A DNA stretch of 64,000 bases from Amoebophrya sp. A120. Lineage: Eukaryota > Protista > Dinoflagellata. The notes beneath the pieces are model-generated. The model searched no databases. It had not been told where the DNA came from and saw only the letters and a program-made list of their open reading frames with translations. This document shows, one piece after another, positions 9,458 to 20,413 of the stretch. Location: contig CAJINV010000003.1 of the NCBI GenBank assembly GCA_905178155.1, positions 2,251,065 through 2,315,064 on the forward strand, read 5' to 3'. The translations under genes and the position numbers were made by a program. How positions within the stretch are numbered: position 1 is the first letter of the stretch; each line of letters opens with the position of its first letter.

Positions 9458-12400
9458 TCAGTCCTGCGTCCCAAGCCAGCTGGTCACTGCTTCTACCATT
9501 TGTTGTGTAACGGCTTCTCGGACTTTCCGGTCCTGGCGCTCTTCCGCGAGTAGCTCCTTCAGGTAGCTGTGCTTCTCCGTCAAAAAGCGAGATAACCGGG
9601 TTTGCATCTGCCGCCGTTCGTCCGTTTCGTATTTGAGCATTTCTTCCGTCTCGCCCAGTCGCATGTCGATCCCCTCTGCGACGGTCATCTGAGGGAGTGT
9701 AATCTCTATCTTTTTCTTCGAGTTTATTTTCCCGCTACGGCCAGGGAAATGCGAATCAAAAGAGGCGACGCGTTCGCAGGTTTCTGGTTCTTGTTTTTCA
9801 TATCAGTTGTACCAGCATGCTGATGAAAAATTATTGCATTGATCTGAACATTCATACCACTCTCTCCCCAGCATTGGCAAGCTTGGTTTCCAGGTCGCCG
9901 AACTCTCTTCGCACGTGCATCGCTCGTTGGTGTATTTCCACCAAGGGTTGTCCGCTCAGGACCGTCTCTTGCAGGAGCTGGATTTCTTGGATTCCCCGCG
10001 CCGAGTGGTGGGCCAAACTGACGTACGTGGGATCAGTTGCAAAGCTGATCAGTTCCTCTGTTGTGTCCAAAGGATTACTTAAGTACGCAAAACACATCTT
10101 CACCTTCGTATGGTCGCACGACCAGAGCCGCGCGTGGTAATCTGTAGAGCACCATTTGATGTTTTTGATCGCGACGGCCGTGACTAGCAAACATACCGAC
10201 GAATGATAAAGAATCAACATCACACCACATCAAACTACCGAGACGATTTGCCAGCCGCTCGACCCTTTCGGCAAGGTTCATCTTGGGGAGCAGCTGGTAC
10301 CGCGCGACCACTTGCTGCACCTCATTTACCAAATTTCGCAGCTCCTCTTCTTGTACCGCAGTTACTTTGTTCACTCTGGTTTCCAGCCGCTCCACTTCCG
10401 CGACGATGCGCGCCGTCGCTTCGGCAAGCGGCTTATCAAATGCAAAAATGTCTGGGTCTGGAATAATGTAAAATTTGTGATGCATTTTTCTCATGACCCA
10501 CGATGCCTGTAATGCATGACCTAGCATCGCAGACTTTTAGAGGGCTTCCTGATGCACCTTCCGAATGAGAAATGCCCTGTCCGTGTAGCACAAACGGCGC
10601 CTCTCTTGCTGGTCACGCAATACAAATTTTGTTAGAGTCCAAAAACAGCATGACAAGTTGCAATCTTCCAGACCGAGACATTTTTGCATTTGATACGGCT
10701 TTTGCGCCTTCGCCTCCGCGTAGTTCCCGGTGCTCTTGTATCAAATGCAAAAATGTCTGTGTCTGGAAGAATGCAACTTGTAATGCGTATTTCAGAACAC
10801 AGAAAAGTCTCTCATGCATACGTAGCAAAAGCTCCCTTTTTTTGTCAGCGAAATAGGGGACTTGTCATGCGGATTCGGCATTGCGGAAGGTTCTCGAAAC
10901 CTGTGATGCTAGAGCTTCCATGCCAGACCTTCTGTGTCATGCAAAAACAGCATGACTCTTCCCGACCCAGACACTTTTACATTTGATATCTTGCTCCGGC
11001 GAGGACTCGCTCGGGTCGAGGCCTTGCTGCTGCCCGCGTAGTTTCCGGACGACGCATTCGAGGATTTTGACCCTGGACCTGCACCAGCCTCCGTGGTATA
11101 ATCTTGTCCCCTAGGCGGGCGCCCCCCTCTGTCTTCGTAGCTGCTGGACGATTTTGACGCATCCGGCAGCCACGACCCACAGGTCGCACCAAAGGGCGCC
11201 TGCTCTGAAGCGGCCCGCTCTCGCCTGGTGGCAAAACTGGACGACCCACCAAACTTGGTCGCGGTCCTCAGGGCCGCAGTGTCCTTTCCAGTAGATCCGC
11301 TAGGGCTGCAGGGTTCTCGTGCCGCGGCCACGTAGCTGGCTGCGACCATCTCAGCTGCCTTGCGCAACTCGCGTGTGAGCCTACTGCGCACGCTGGCTTT
11401 CAGCCCGGAAGTGGCCGTGAAATCCGCCACCGTTTTGTCGAACAAAACCATTTTCTCTTGCGTCACGCGGGCCTGGCGGAGCGCGTTCGGCCCGCCGTCC
11501 TGCTCCGCGCACTGCTGCAGCTCCGCAACGTATTCGGCGAGGAGCCGTTCCACCAGCGGCTCGAGGTGCAGCTCCTTGCAAACGCGGTCCGCCGCTCCCT
11601 CCGGGCGGATCCGCCCGGAGCTTTTATCGTTGATGTCGCGCACGACCTGCTCGAGAAATAAGGCCACCTCAGCGCCGCTGCGCCATTTCGTGCCTCTAGG
11701 AACTGATTTATTGGCAGCCGTGCGGTTGTTCGGGTTCCTACTTCCGAGCTTGTTGTGGTCCTCCTGCTTCTCGACAAATAACTGCTGTCGTAAACAGGCA
11801 TATTTCTCCCGGAACACTTCCTCGCATCGGTCGATCAGGGATCGCTTCTGTTGAAAACCCTGCTCTACTTCTGACGGAACCTCAATTCTGGGTAGAGAAC
11901 AAAACTCGAGCGGGTCCGCGAATTCCCCGCGAATGGTTGCGCGCGACAGCCGTCGCGGACTCTTCGTCAAGATTTCGTCCGCAACGCCGCCGAACAGGGG
12001 TGCCAAGACACCGGCCACGTCCTCTTCCAGCTCGGGAAAGCGAGGCGCGTTCACGGCCACCAGCAAGCGCGGCCGCTTCGCGTTTGTGCTGAACTTGACG
12101 AACTGCCGGGCGGTATTGGCCAAGAAGCTTAGATTCTCCAAGTCCCGCTCGTCCAGGTTGCCCATCGTGATGGGCAGCAGCCAGTCCCCAGTGCAGTACG
12201 CAACGAGTTCCAGCAACCCATATTCAGCATAGTTCCCCGGGGATCCGGTCGGATGGAAGGACCCTTCGCAGTCACAGTAGATCAGCGTCCTGGTTTTTGA
12301 CGGTAATAAATGATCGTGGTCCTGACGATACAGATCATGTCGATTTTTATGTTCCACCTCGAAGATGCGTTCCACACGCGCGGCAACGTCAACGCCGACA

Positions 12401-12891
12401 GTTACGTGCTGGAACCCGTGGCCGACGCGGAAACCTCGATCTTTCTCGAATCCTAGCACGGCGTTGCCCACGCTGGATTTGCCGACGCGCGAGCCGCCGA
12501 TCGCAAACACCACCTGCACCTCGTTGTCCTCACTTTTGTTCGCAGCCGCGGCATCGTCGAGAAGGCGCAGCAGCTCGCATCCCGCCTCCTGCAGCTCCAG
12601 CTTCTCCCCTGTCGTGGCCCGCAGCAACGGCGCCGGTCCGTATGTGGTGAAAGATGTCGATGTTGTCTTTGCCTGGATCTGGTCTTGAGGCTCGTCCTGA
12701 ACCTCGCGACTTTCCCTCGCCGCGGCGTGGCTGTGGCTCGCCCCAAACAGGTCTCGAGGTTCAAAAAAGTCATGTAGGCCGCGTACTTGATCGGATGATG
12801 CATGATGGTTGCCGCGAAATAAACCCGCCGCCGAGGATCCACTGCTACCGCCGTGCTGCCCTGTGGTACGGTGTACGACGGATCGCGACAT
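9458..12891 (-). CDS. GBP/atlastin (GB1/RHD3)-type GTPase with C-terminal coiled coil; 5 exons
   Basis: G1 GGSRVGKS, G2 HVTVG, G3 DCEG. Exons 12891-10989, 10733-10696, 10428-10239, 10141-9858, 9688-9458. Two TAT..ATA element introns and two GT-AG introns give one continuous frame (..RRSK-STGNYAEAKAQKP-LAEATARIV..). Confidence 0.8.
10434..10695. mobile_element. Introner/MITE-type non-canonical intron, family A
   Basis: TIR tatcaaatgcaaaaatgtctgggtctggaa...ttccagaccgagacatttttgcatttgata. 5-bp direct repeat cggct at 10429-10433 and 10696-10700. Removal restores the GTPase frame. Confidence 0.92.
10739..10988. mobile_element. Introner/MITE-type non-canonical intron, family A
   Basis: TIR tatcaaatgcaaaaatgtctg...cagacacttttacatttgata. 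Direct repeat tcttg at 10734-10738 and 10989-10993. Removal restores the frame. Confidence 0.92.
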
Positions 12892-14000
12892 CGGTCGACC
12901 TCACGATGTAGTGCGGACCAACATTTTTTGGAAAAAGAAAAAGACCACTTCAAACGCGCAAGGGTCAGACTCAGAGTGAGACGTCAAAATAAAACTTTGA
13001 GGCTCAAAAAGTTGCAAGAACTATTTCCACACGTAACATAAAGATAAACCTGTCGTGATCACTTTGAATGAGTACGGAGACTTGCGGTTCGCATACGTCG
13101 GTCAGAAATGGACAACGCACAGTTAGGCATATTGATGCATCGGTTCATCCGAACGGGGTGTGCCAGAGACTACACTTGCATGTCGACTCGGGTTCTTTAA
13201 CGGCTACAGCGAACTCCGCATACGCTTCGCACACCATGAAACGCAAGACACTGGAAGTGAATCACTGGAATCTCATTTTTCCTTTGCCTACTTCAAAATT
13301 TCTCTCGTTTGCATTTTTTTTTGGCTGAAAAGGATAAGGAGATGAACACGGAAAAACCTGAAGAGGAAAGCGGCACCTACAAAACCCGACGCAGACAGAG
13401 CGTAAAAAAATCCCACGCCACCAACAGGCGGTCAACTTTGTCTGTGTAGAAATTTTTTTTGTTCCTTGGGAAGTTGTTTCGACGGCATTTTCTAGGAATC
13501 AGTGAACCGTACTGATTGATGATAATAATATGGTTTTGTTCGAAAAAATTGGACAATAACAGAACTCCACCCGCTGATACATGGGAACGAGAATCTTCCT
13601 ACATTTACGTTTTGTGTTTCGGCTCAGAGCTGAAAGGACAAGAGCGACTCCTGCGAAAGATCTCGGTGATACTTGGTGCTGGGTGTTTTCAAGGTGATGC
13701 ATCGGCATTCTCATTCATTTGAATTTATCATTTTCAAGGCACAAAAGTAGACGTGGAATGTTGATACAGTGCGGTTGAGTTTCGTACATTTGAAAAGTGC
13801 AAGTTTCATTTACAGTCTGTCACTTTTTGCCAATCACCAATGGCATGCAGTATGGTTTCTCCTTCGTTTAGAAGATGACAATATATAGTGTCGAATGCAC
13901 GCGGCGGCGGTGACATCTCCAGCATCAAAGAGTCTTTCGCATTTCTATTCTCTGTGAAATGCTACAAATTCGGCGTGCATTTTTTAACTTCTCCCTCTAT

Positions 14001-14750
14001 TTAGGCAGATTCCTTCTTCTCCTCGGCCGGGGCAGCCTCTTCCTTCTTCTCTTCAGCCGGAGCGGCAGCCTCTTCCTTCTTCTCTTCAGCCGGAGCCGCA
14101 ACCTCTTCCTTCTTCTCTTCAGCCGGAGCGGCAGCCTCTTCCTTCTTCTCTTCAGCCGGAGCAGCAACCTCTTCCTTCTTCTCTTCAGCCGGAGCAGCAG
14201 CCTCTTCCTTCTTCTCTTCAGCCGGAGCGGCAGCGACTTCCTCCTTTTTCTCCTCTTCCTTCTTTTCCTCGGCAACAGGGGCAGCTTCCTCCTTCTTCTC
14301 CTCAACCGGGGCCTCTTCCTTCTGTTTTATTTTTCGTTTATCGTTGTCAGATTCACCATAAGCAATCTCATTCCGATATAAACAAACATCAAACTACCTG
14401 CACACATTAATTCGGTTTGCATTTCCTCAGACGGTGACAATCTGAGTCGAATCGAAACAAAGATAAACCAGCGAAACACCATCCATACCTTTTCCTCAAC
14501 CGGGCTGGCTTCGTTGGAGGAAGGGCTCTTTTCGCCGGCGTCAGACGGAGTGGGGCTGTTTTATTTTGATATGTTTATTTTTTCACATCCTACTACTACT
14601 TCGCACAAGAAAGACCTTCGAACTACCATCTGCAAAAACCATACACAAAACCAAAAATCAGTACGCTTCCTCCGTTTTCTGCTTTTTCAGGGCCGGCTCC
14701 TCGATGGCCTGCTCCTGTTCGACGACGACCTTCTGTTCGACTTCAGACAT
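14001..14750 (-). CDS. Small acidic disordered Glu/Ala/Lys-rich repeat protein; 3 exons
   Basis: Exons 14750-14665, 14555-14489, 14321-14001 with GT-AG introns. Reads MSEVEQKVVVEQEQAIEEPALKKQKTEEA...(APAEEKKEEAA)n...KKESA*. Confidence 0.8.
14010..14235. repeat. 33-bp coding tandem repeat (~6-7 copies, APAEEKKEEAA)
   Basis: ggcagcctcttccttcttctcttcagccggagc units. Confidence 0.9.
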
Positions 14751-15262
14751 TTTGTTGGACTGTGTTGTGAGCGTGATACGAATCAAAAAATTACGCAAAA
14801 AGAAAATATGTTGAATTGTAGTGCCTAGCAGAAGCAGAAAGCAAGCTGGTACTCGAAAAAGTAGTAATCAAGTAGTTGTGCTCCTGTATTGGAAGATTTG
14901 AAAAGCTTGAGCAAATATCAAAAAGAATCGAAGGCGGAAATTTTCATGCGCCAGAGAAAAAACAACACTTTACTGATGTAGTTACCGAGAAAACAATGAT
15001 CAGATCGGCCAATATTTTTCTATTTATGAGATCATATTGTGGATCGCCGCTGCTGGCATTTGATCTTCTTTCATTCAACGGCTCTTCCGCATGAATCATT
15101 GTTATCCTGCAAGCATTTCAAATGCCTTTACTCGCGAAAAGCGAGTGTTCGCTTTGTCTCCAGTAACAATCGATCCAACAGAGCCTTGCTCCTAAATTTG
15201 CAAAACTCGTCGACGCCATTGTCTGTGTCCTGAGCATCGCGCATGGCGAAAATAAATTGTCC

Positions 15263-18200
15263 TTAAATGAGATTCAAGCCTGCTAAATACGGGACCTTGA
15301 TGTCGGGCTGCTTGAGGCGAAGCCGCAATGCTTTCTTGCATTTGTGAAAGTTCGAATCGACTTGCTTCAACTGGTACAACAAACTACCACGCACTAGCTC
15401 CTGATCCGAGGACACATTGGTTATGAGGTACCTCAGCTTCGCGATCAGTTCCAAAGGCGCATCGAAGATACCCTCACCGAACAAAATGCGCGCTTTGACC
15501 TGTTCAAAGAAATCCCTTTCGATCTGCTCCACCTGGTCGCGGAGTAAAAAACTTCTCGGAAGTTGTGCAGTACCACCTCCACCACCGGCGCCAGATGATG
15601 CCGCTCGGGCTGTCGCTGCACTGTGATCTTCTGTTTTCTTGATCGAAGCCCGTCGTCCAGGTAGAAGATCTTCCCCCGGCAGCTTCGGCGTGGCAGCCAC
15701 TCCAGATGCAGTGGCAGGCGTCGCAACATGATTTGCCTTGAAAGCCAACTGCGCTGCTGGAGCTGCAGCTACAGGACCACAGGAAGTAGTCTTGTTACTC
15801 TTCGCCTCCTTTATTCGACCCCGAGTGTCTGCGATGGCCTCGGTCCAGACGGCAAGCACGAGGTACTCTTCCAGTTGGTCGACGTAGTGCTGCATGTGGT
15901 GCCTCAGCAACCCGAGCTTCAACAAGAGGGATTTGACGAAGTCCTTCGCGCGCGGAACCCCCGGCGGTTGTTGAGCGGCATCTTGCGAGGATGCGACTCC
16001 ACGACCCGAGCTTGTTTTTAGCAAACGAGAATCGACCCACAGAGGGTGTTTGCAGAGCCACAACCACAAGGTTCGCAACTCTTCCCGCGCGGCCTTCACA
16101 CGACAGAGCAGCTGGAAGAACCCGGAGAGGATGACGAGCTGACGACTGTGTTCATAACGCCGGAGGTGTGCTGGTGCTGATGAAGATGTAGTTTGTTGAG
16201 ACTCTTTCATTACAAGCTTATAATTTTCGGGAAGTACAAATTGCATCTTCGAATACAGTTCCGACGGCGACTCGACCATAATCATCGCTTCCTGTCGCAA
16301 AACCAGTTCCAGGGGGGCCGCATTAAATTGGTCTATTTTTCCCGCCGTCCTCGGGTGCGTCTCCCTCTCCGCCGAAAAAATAGCGGAGGAGTCGCGGGTC
16401 TGCTGAAACAGTCTCGCGACTGTCGTCCCGACCGAAGAAAAATGTGCGGACCGGAAACTCTGGTCATCCAAGGTGGCGTACACGAAACGGTCTACCCAAC
16501 CGACAAAGTCGACCGACAGAAGAAATTTTGCAAGTGTGGTGGCACCGCCTATGCCTTCCTCGGTCAGCATGATTTGTTCTGCTCGTGCGGAGGAACGACC
16601 GGAGGTGGATTTAGTATTTTCGTGCTTGCAAAAGTGCTCATTCAAGTCGCGAATCTGCAGGGAAAGACCGCGGTACGCGTCGGCACGCCGCGCTATTACG
16701 GGATGGAGAAAACACTCCTTGCTCTCCTCTGAGGATTCGTCATCTGGTGCGCAGACTACACTATCCTCCTCAGCTTCGGCTATTCGCTTTCGACCAAGTG
16801 TAGTTGCTCTATTTTTACTCACCGGATCTTCTACTCGTGCTGTTGCAGCAGTCAGGTTGGCACGATGGGTCTCTTGTTCTACTTCCAAGCGCCGGTCACC
16901 GCGCGGCACCTCTCCTGCTCCTTGTTGTGATTTCTCATCTAGAGGCGTCTGTGAAAGTGGTGCAGCAGATGAAGTAGCACTACTCACCCTCCTGACGTCG
17001 TGACCTGCAAGAACATCAGGCTTCTTCTTCTCACCTTCTAATGGGAGTTCCTCCTTTTGTTCCACGGCCGGAGACGCTTCGGAACTCGATTCGAAGTTCT
17101 TTTCCCCGTCTGCAAGATCGACTCTCGGTGTGGACGAGTGCTGTTCGGCAACAACTGCTTCTTCCTTTGAGACTTCCTGATCAGCACGCCGCTCTTCGCC
17201 GACCCCGACTCCTTTGTTCGGCGTATTTATTTCGCTGCCCACTTCTGCTCCTAGTTTCCCATGCTGGCACTGGTTGCGACTCACCTGCTCGTCTTCTTCG
17301 TTTCGCTGGTCGGCATCGCACACCACGCGATCGTAGATCGAGGCAAGAACACTCTTGGCAGCTATGCTTGTAGGCGAAATACGTTTTGCCGACACTCGCC
17401 GTACACTGAATGCTGGCTCAGGTGGAGCCTCAGCGTCCGAGGCAAGCCCCCGGGAGGAAAGAGCTGCGATGCTAGAAGTTGTAAGGCCCATGTTGAGTGG
17501 CGGCGACGTCCTCGCAATTATTTCTTCCTGTCCAGTCCCCACCGTTCCTTCGTCTTGGGGCGCAGCAGCAGCAGCTGGAGTTGATCCTTTATTATCCACT
17601 CCGTCAATTTCTCTTTTCGCAGATTGCAAGGAGGACATTGAGGGCGGCCCTCCCGGTAGTGATGTCGCTAAGTCGGCAGCAACGATTTCGAGCCGGCGGT
17701 CGCGTCCCTCGAGCCGCTTACGGCGCCACTCGAGTCGCGCTGCCTCGTAGGCAGTCGCGGCAGCTTGGCGGTCGTGTTCCGCTAGTAGAGCAGCGGCCGC
17801 CTGCGCGCGGTCTCTCTTCTCGCGCTCTGAAAGGGGCTGCCCAAGGATATTCACTTCCTGTGCAAGTTGCGGCACAGTTTGCTCACCCTGCTCCGCGGCG
17901 AGCACTTCGGTTCGCCTTTCCGCCATCTGCTCGTCTAGAAGCTGTCGCTGTTTCCTCTTTTTGGCGTCTCTCTCCGCTACGTCCGCATCTCTCTCCGCTA
18001 CGCGCGCTGCGTGCTCTCGCTCTCGTGCCGCGCGTGCTGCTTCCCCGCCGAGTGTGTCGGCCAAATCATCGCCAGCCGTGGCGGTTGCGCCGCCGCTCTC
18101 CACCGAGTCCGTGTCCGAGTCCAGGCTGTCGAGCGCAGTGCTACGGTCGTCGCCCTGTTCGTGCGGTAGCTTGTTTGAAGAAGTACCTCCGAAGTAGAAC

Positions 18201-20413
18201 TCCGATTCCGCCTTCACACCGGAAAACGCAGCGCAGAATTCAGATGCGAAATCCGGCATTTTTGCAGCAGTTCCGTCTCGTTCCATAGTTCGGCTTTGCG
18301 ATGATGATCCCGGTGTTTTTGTTGATGCACCGCGATTGGAAGCTTTTTCAAGACCAAGTGCAGCTTGGGCGTTGTTTATCTTCTCTGAAGAGTGGTATGT
18401 CTCCTGCAGAAGGGCGTCGCTCTTGTCGCGCTCGTTATGCGCCATAGGATTGGCAATTGCAAAATGCTTGGTGTCAAAAGCAGCGCGCTCCGCGGCGGTC
18501 CGACCCCAGTGCTCGCGCTTCGGCTTGTCACGCATGAAAACGCGAGTGCGTTGTGCCCGCAGCAACCTCTGAGCGCCGTCGTAGCTGCCTCTGTGCGCGG
18601 TCGCTGCGGTTTGCAGCAGGTGGCTCTCGGTTGCAGCTTCTGACGAAAGTAAGTTGGCTGATCCAATACGCTGGCGACGAAATGCTTGTGCTCGCGCGGC
18701 TTGGCGCCGCTGCTCTCTCTCTGCGGTCTCTGTCGTGACGGCAGCCGCGACCGCACGGGCGCGTGACGCGAAGGAAGGCCCAAAAACTGCGGCAGAGCGG
18801 CGAAGTGGTCTCTCGTTGACCACGTCGACGTCTCGTTGCTTTGCGACCCGATCGGCGATCGTCGCGCGGTGACTACCAAAGCTGCCATACCCCGTCGCCC
18901 AAGTTTCCACTGCTTGCTCAAGTACACTTTGGAAATTGCTGGCAAGGACGGCGGATTCATCTTCCAGGCGCATCCGCGACGAACTTGCGGTAGGAACTAC
19001 CTTGGCCAGGAGTCTGTCAACTATGCTAGAAAATTGCAGCAAATCGAGTAGCACAGAGTCCCACCGCACGGGAGGTTTTTGCAAGTGCAGCCAGAGCTGC
19101 AGCAGAGAGGACGAGGACGTTTGCGTTGTTGTGTCCCTTTGTCGGCCGAATCCTTGTACATGTTGGATGTACTCGTTCCACAAAATGCCCTTCAAACCTT
19201 CGCCAATGGACTCCACGGCTTTCAGTTCGTGCTTCAACGGCCCGGAAAAATCGTAGGTCGAAGAGAAAGAGGACCAGCAGGTGGCCCGGGCGCGCAAATG
19301 CTGGACAATTTTTCCGAAACACGTGACCCGGGCCTGCAGAGAGCAGATGCTCCATTTGGCGACCCCCGTGCGGCTGTGCGAGGATTTCAGAGGGAACATC
19401 TCGCTCGGGATTCCCTGCAGGGCAAGCTGCGCACTTGCTACGACGGCGTCGCGCAAGGGAGATGAGACAGGGACGGTTTCGTGCAGCAGAGTGTAGTCAG
19501 GCAGTGCAGTACCCAAACGCAACCGCAGTCTTGGTAGGGAACGACGCGCTCGTGCCATAATACTATGCTCGTTCCCGCCCTGTGGACCGACGAGTCTGCG
19601 ATCCTGCACTTCATCACCTCGAAAAAAACTCGGCCAGGGTTCCAGTGCCTCCATATCTTTTGCGGGCAGCGCGGCGGACACACTTCTACTTCCCGAAGCA
19701 AAGAAGTCACGCTCTTCCAGAAAAAAGTTGTCACGACCTTTACTGTGTTGATTGTGCATAGTAAATTGGTTTCGAAAGAGCGCCTCAAATGCGGTTCTGT
19801 CGGCAACGGGGTCCGGGTCGCGCAGCGCGAAACGCGAGCTAGCGTGTACGGTCCGGTCTGCTCCCTTCGGATCTCTTGGTGCGTCGAGTCGTCGTCTCGC
19901 CAGTTGGAGGAGCAACAAAAGAAGTGGCTCTTGCTCGCTAGCGGTCGTGGTGTGGTCCGGAGCAGACACTTTCCGCACAAGCTCCCGAATTCGCTCGCGC
20001 CGCGTCCTTTCACCGTCAAAAAAACAGGGCGCCAGCCAATCCACCGAATCATCTTCCTGCAGCCCACGTAAGCGCGCAACCTCGGGAAAGGTGCAGATCC
20101 GCTCCGAAAAGTCTTTGCTGATTGTACCTCTCGTCGCGAGGAGCGCCTGGTCGTACAGAAGCTCTTCGAGTTGCAAGGCTACATCGTTGGTTGTACATAG
20201 TCTCGTCGCGACGCTCGCATCTCGCGCCGTTTGCGAAATGACTGCACACTTTGCGCTTCCGCATCGATTCGCTAGCAGCAGTTCGTAACACGTCAGTAGC
20301 GCGGTTGGAGCCGCCAGATCTTCAGGACGAAGTCGCTCGCCCAGGGCCCTGATCAGGTCGAGAGGGCTTGTTCTGAGCTCGCGCTCGGCCGGGTGTAGAA
20401 GTTGCACCGCCAT
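15263..20413 (-). CDS. Gamma-tubulin complex component (Spc97/98 family, GCP6-like), 1716 aa, intronless
   Basis: N-terminal GRIP1-like ALQGIPSEMF. C-terminal GRIP2-like FFQLLCRVKAAREELRTLW...LLRHHMQHYVDQLEEYLVLAVW. A long low-complexity central insert, as in GCP6. Confidence 0.65.
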   Translation of the reverse strand: MAVQLLHPAERELRTSPLDLIRALGERLRPEDLAAPTALLTCYELLLANRCGSAKCAVISQTARDASVATRLCTTNDVALQLEELLYDQALLATRGTISKDFSERICTFPEVARLRGLQEDDSVDWLAPCFFDGERTRRERIRELVRKVSAPDHTTTASEQEPLLLLLLQLARRRLDAPRDPKGADRTVHASSRFALRDPDPVADRTAFEALFRNQFTMHNQHSKGRDNFFLEERDFFASGSRSVSAALPAKDMEALEPWPSFFRGDEVQDRRLVGPQGGNEHSIMARARRSLPRLRLRLGTALPDYTLLHETVPVSSPLRDAVVASAQLALQGIPSEMFPLKSSHSRTGVAKWSICSLQARVTCFGKIVQHLRARATCWSSFSSTYDFSGPLKHELKAVESIGEGLKGILWNEYIQHVQGFGRQRDTTTQTSSSSLLQLWLHLQKPPVRWDSVLLDLLQFSSIVDRLLAKVVPTASSSRMRLEDESAVLASNFQSVLEQAVETWATGYGSFGSHRATIADRVAKQRDVDVVNERPLRRSAAVFGPSFASRARAVAAAVTTETAEREQRRQAARAQAFRRQRIGSANLLSSEAATESHLLQTAATAHRGSYDGAQRLLRAQRTRVFMRDKPKREHWGRTAAERAAFDTKHFAIANPMAHNERDKSDALLQETYHSSEKINNAQAALGLEKASNRGASTKTPGSSSQSRTMERDGTAAKMPDFASEFCAAFSGVKAESEFYFGGTSSNKLPHEQGDDRSTALDSLDSDTDSVESGGATATAGDDLADTLGGEAARAAREREHAARVAERDADVAERDAKKRKQRQLLDEQMAERRTEVLAAEQGEQTVPQLAQEVNILGQPLSEREKRDRAQAAAALLAEHDRQAAATAYEAARLEWRRKRLEGRDRRLEIVAADLATSLPGGPPSMSSLQSAKREIDGVDNKGSTPAAAAAPQDEGTVGTGQEEIIARTSPPLNMGLTTSSIAALSSRGLASDAEAPPEPAFSVRRVSAKRISPTSIAAKSVLASIYDRVVCDADQRNEEDEQVSRNQCQHGKLGAEVGSEINTPNKGVGVGEERRADQEVSKEEAVVAEQHSSTPRVDLADGEKNFESSSEASPAVEQKEELPLEGEKKKPDVLAGHDVRRVSSATSSAAPLSQTPLDEKSQQGAGEVPRGDRRLEVEQETHRANLTAATARVEDPVSKNRATTLGRKRIAEAEEDSVVCAPDDESSEESKECFLHPVIARRADAYRGLSLQIRDLNEHFCKHENTKSTSGRSSARAEQIMLTEEGIGGATTLAKFLLSVDFVGWVDRFVYATLDDQSFRSAHFSSVGTTVARLFQQTRDSSAIFSAERETHPRTAGKIDQFNAAPLELVLRQEAMIMVESPSELYSKMQFVLPENYKLVMKESQQTTSSSAPAHLRRYEHSRQLVILSGFFQLLCRVKAAREELRTLWLWLCKHPLWVDSRLLKTSSGRGVASSQDAAQQPPGVPRAKDFVKSLLLKLGLLRHHMQHYVDQLEEYLVLAVWTEAIADTRGRIKEAKSNKTTSCGPVAAAPAAQLAFKANHVATPATASGVAATPKLPGEDLLPGRRASIKKTEDHSAATARAASSGAGGGGGTAQLPRSFLLRDQVEQIERDFFEQVKARILFGEGIFDAPLELIAKLRYLITNVSSDQELVRGSLLYQLKQVDSNFHKCKKALRLRLKQPDIKVPYLAGLNLI

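Noticed and set aside
10075-10986. Short ORFs with recurring peptides (PDPDIFAFD, MSGSG, KNVWVWK) here and at 22.9, 27.7 and 32-34.8 kb
   Set aside because: These are translations of family A TIRs, not a protein domain.
13959-14381. Leu/Phe-rich plus ORF and Arg-rich protamine-like minus ORF
   Set aside because: Alternative frames of the 33-bp APAEEKKEE repeat; the acidic frame has an ATG, GT-AG introns and a stop.
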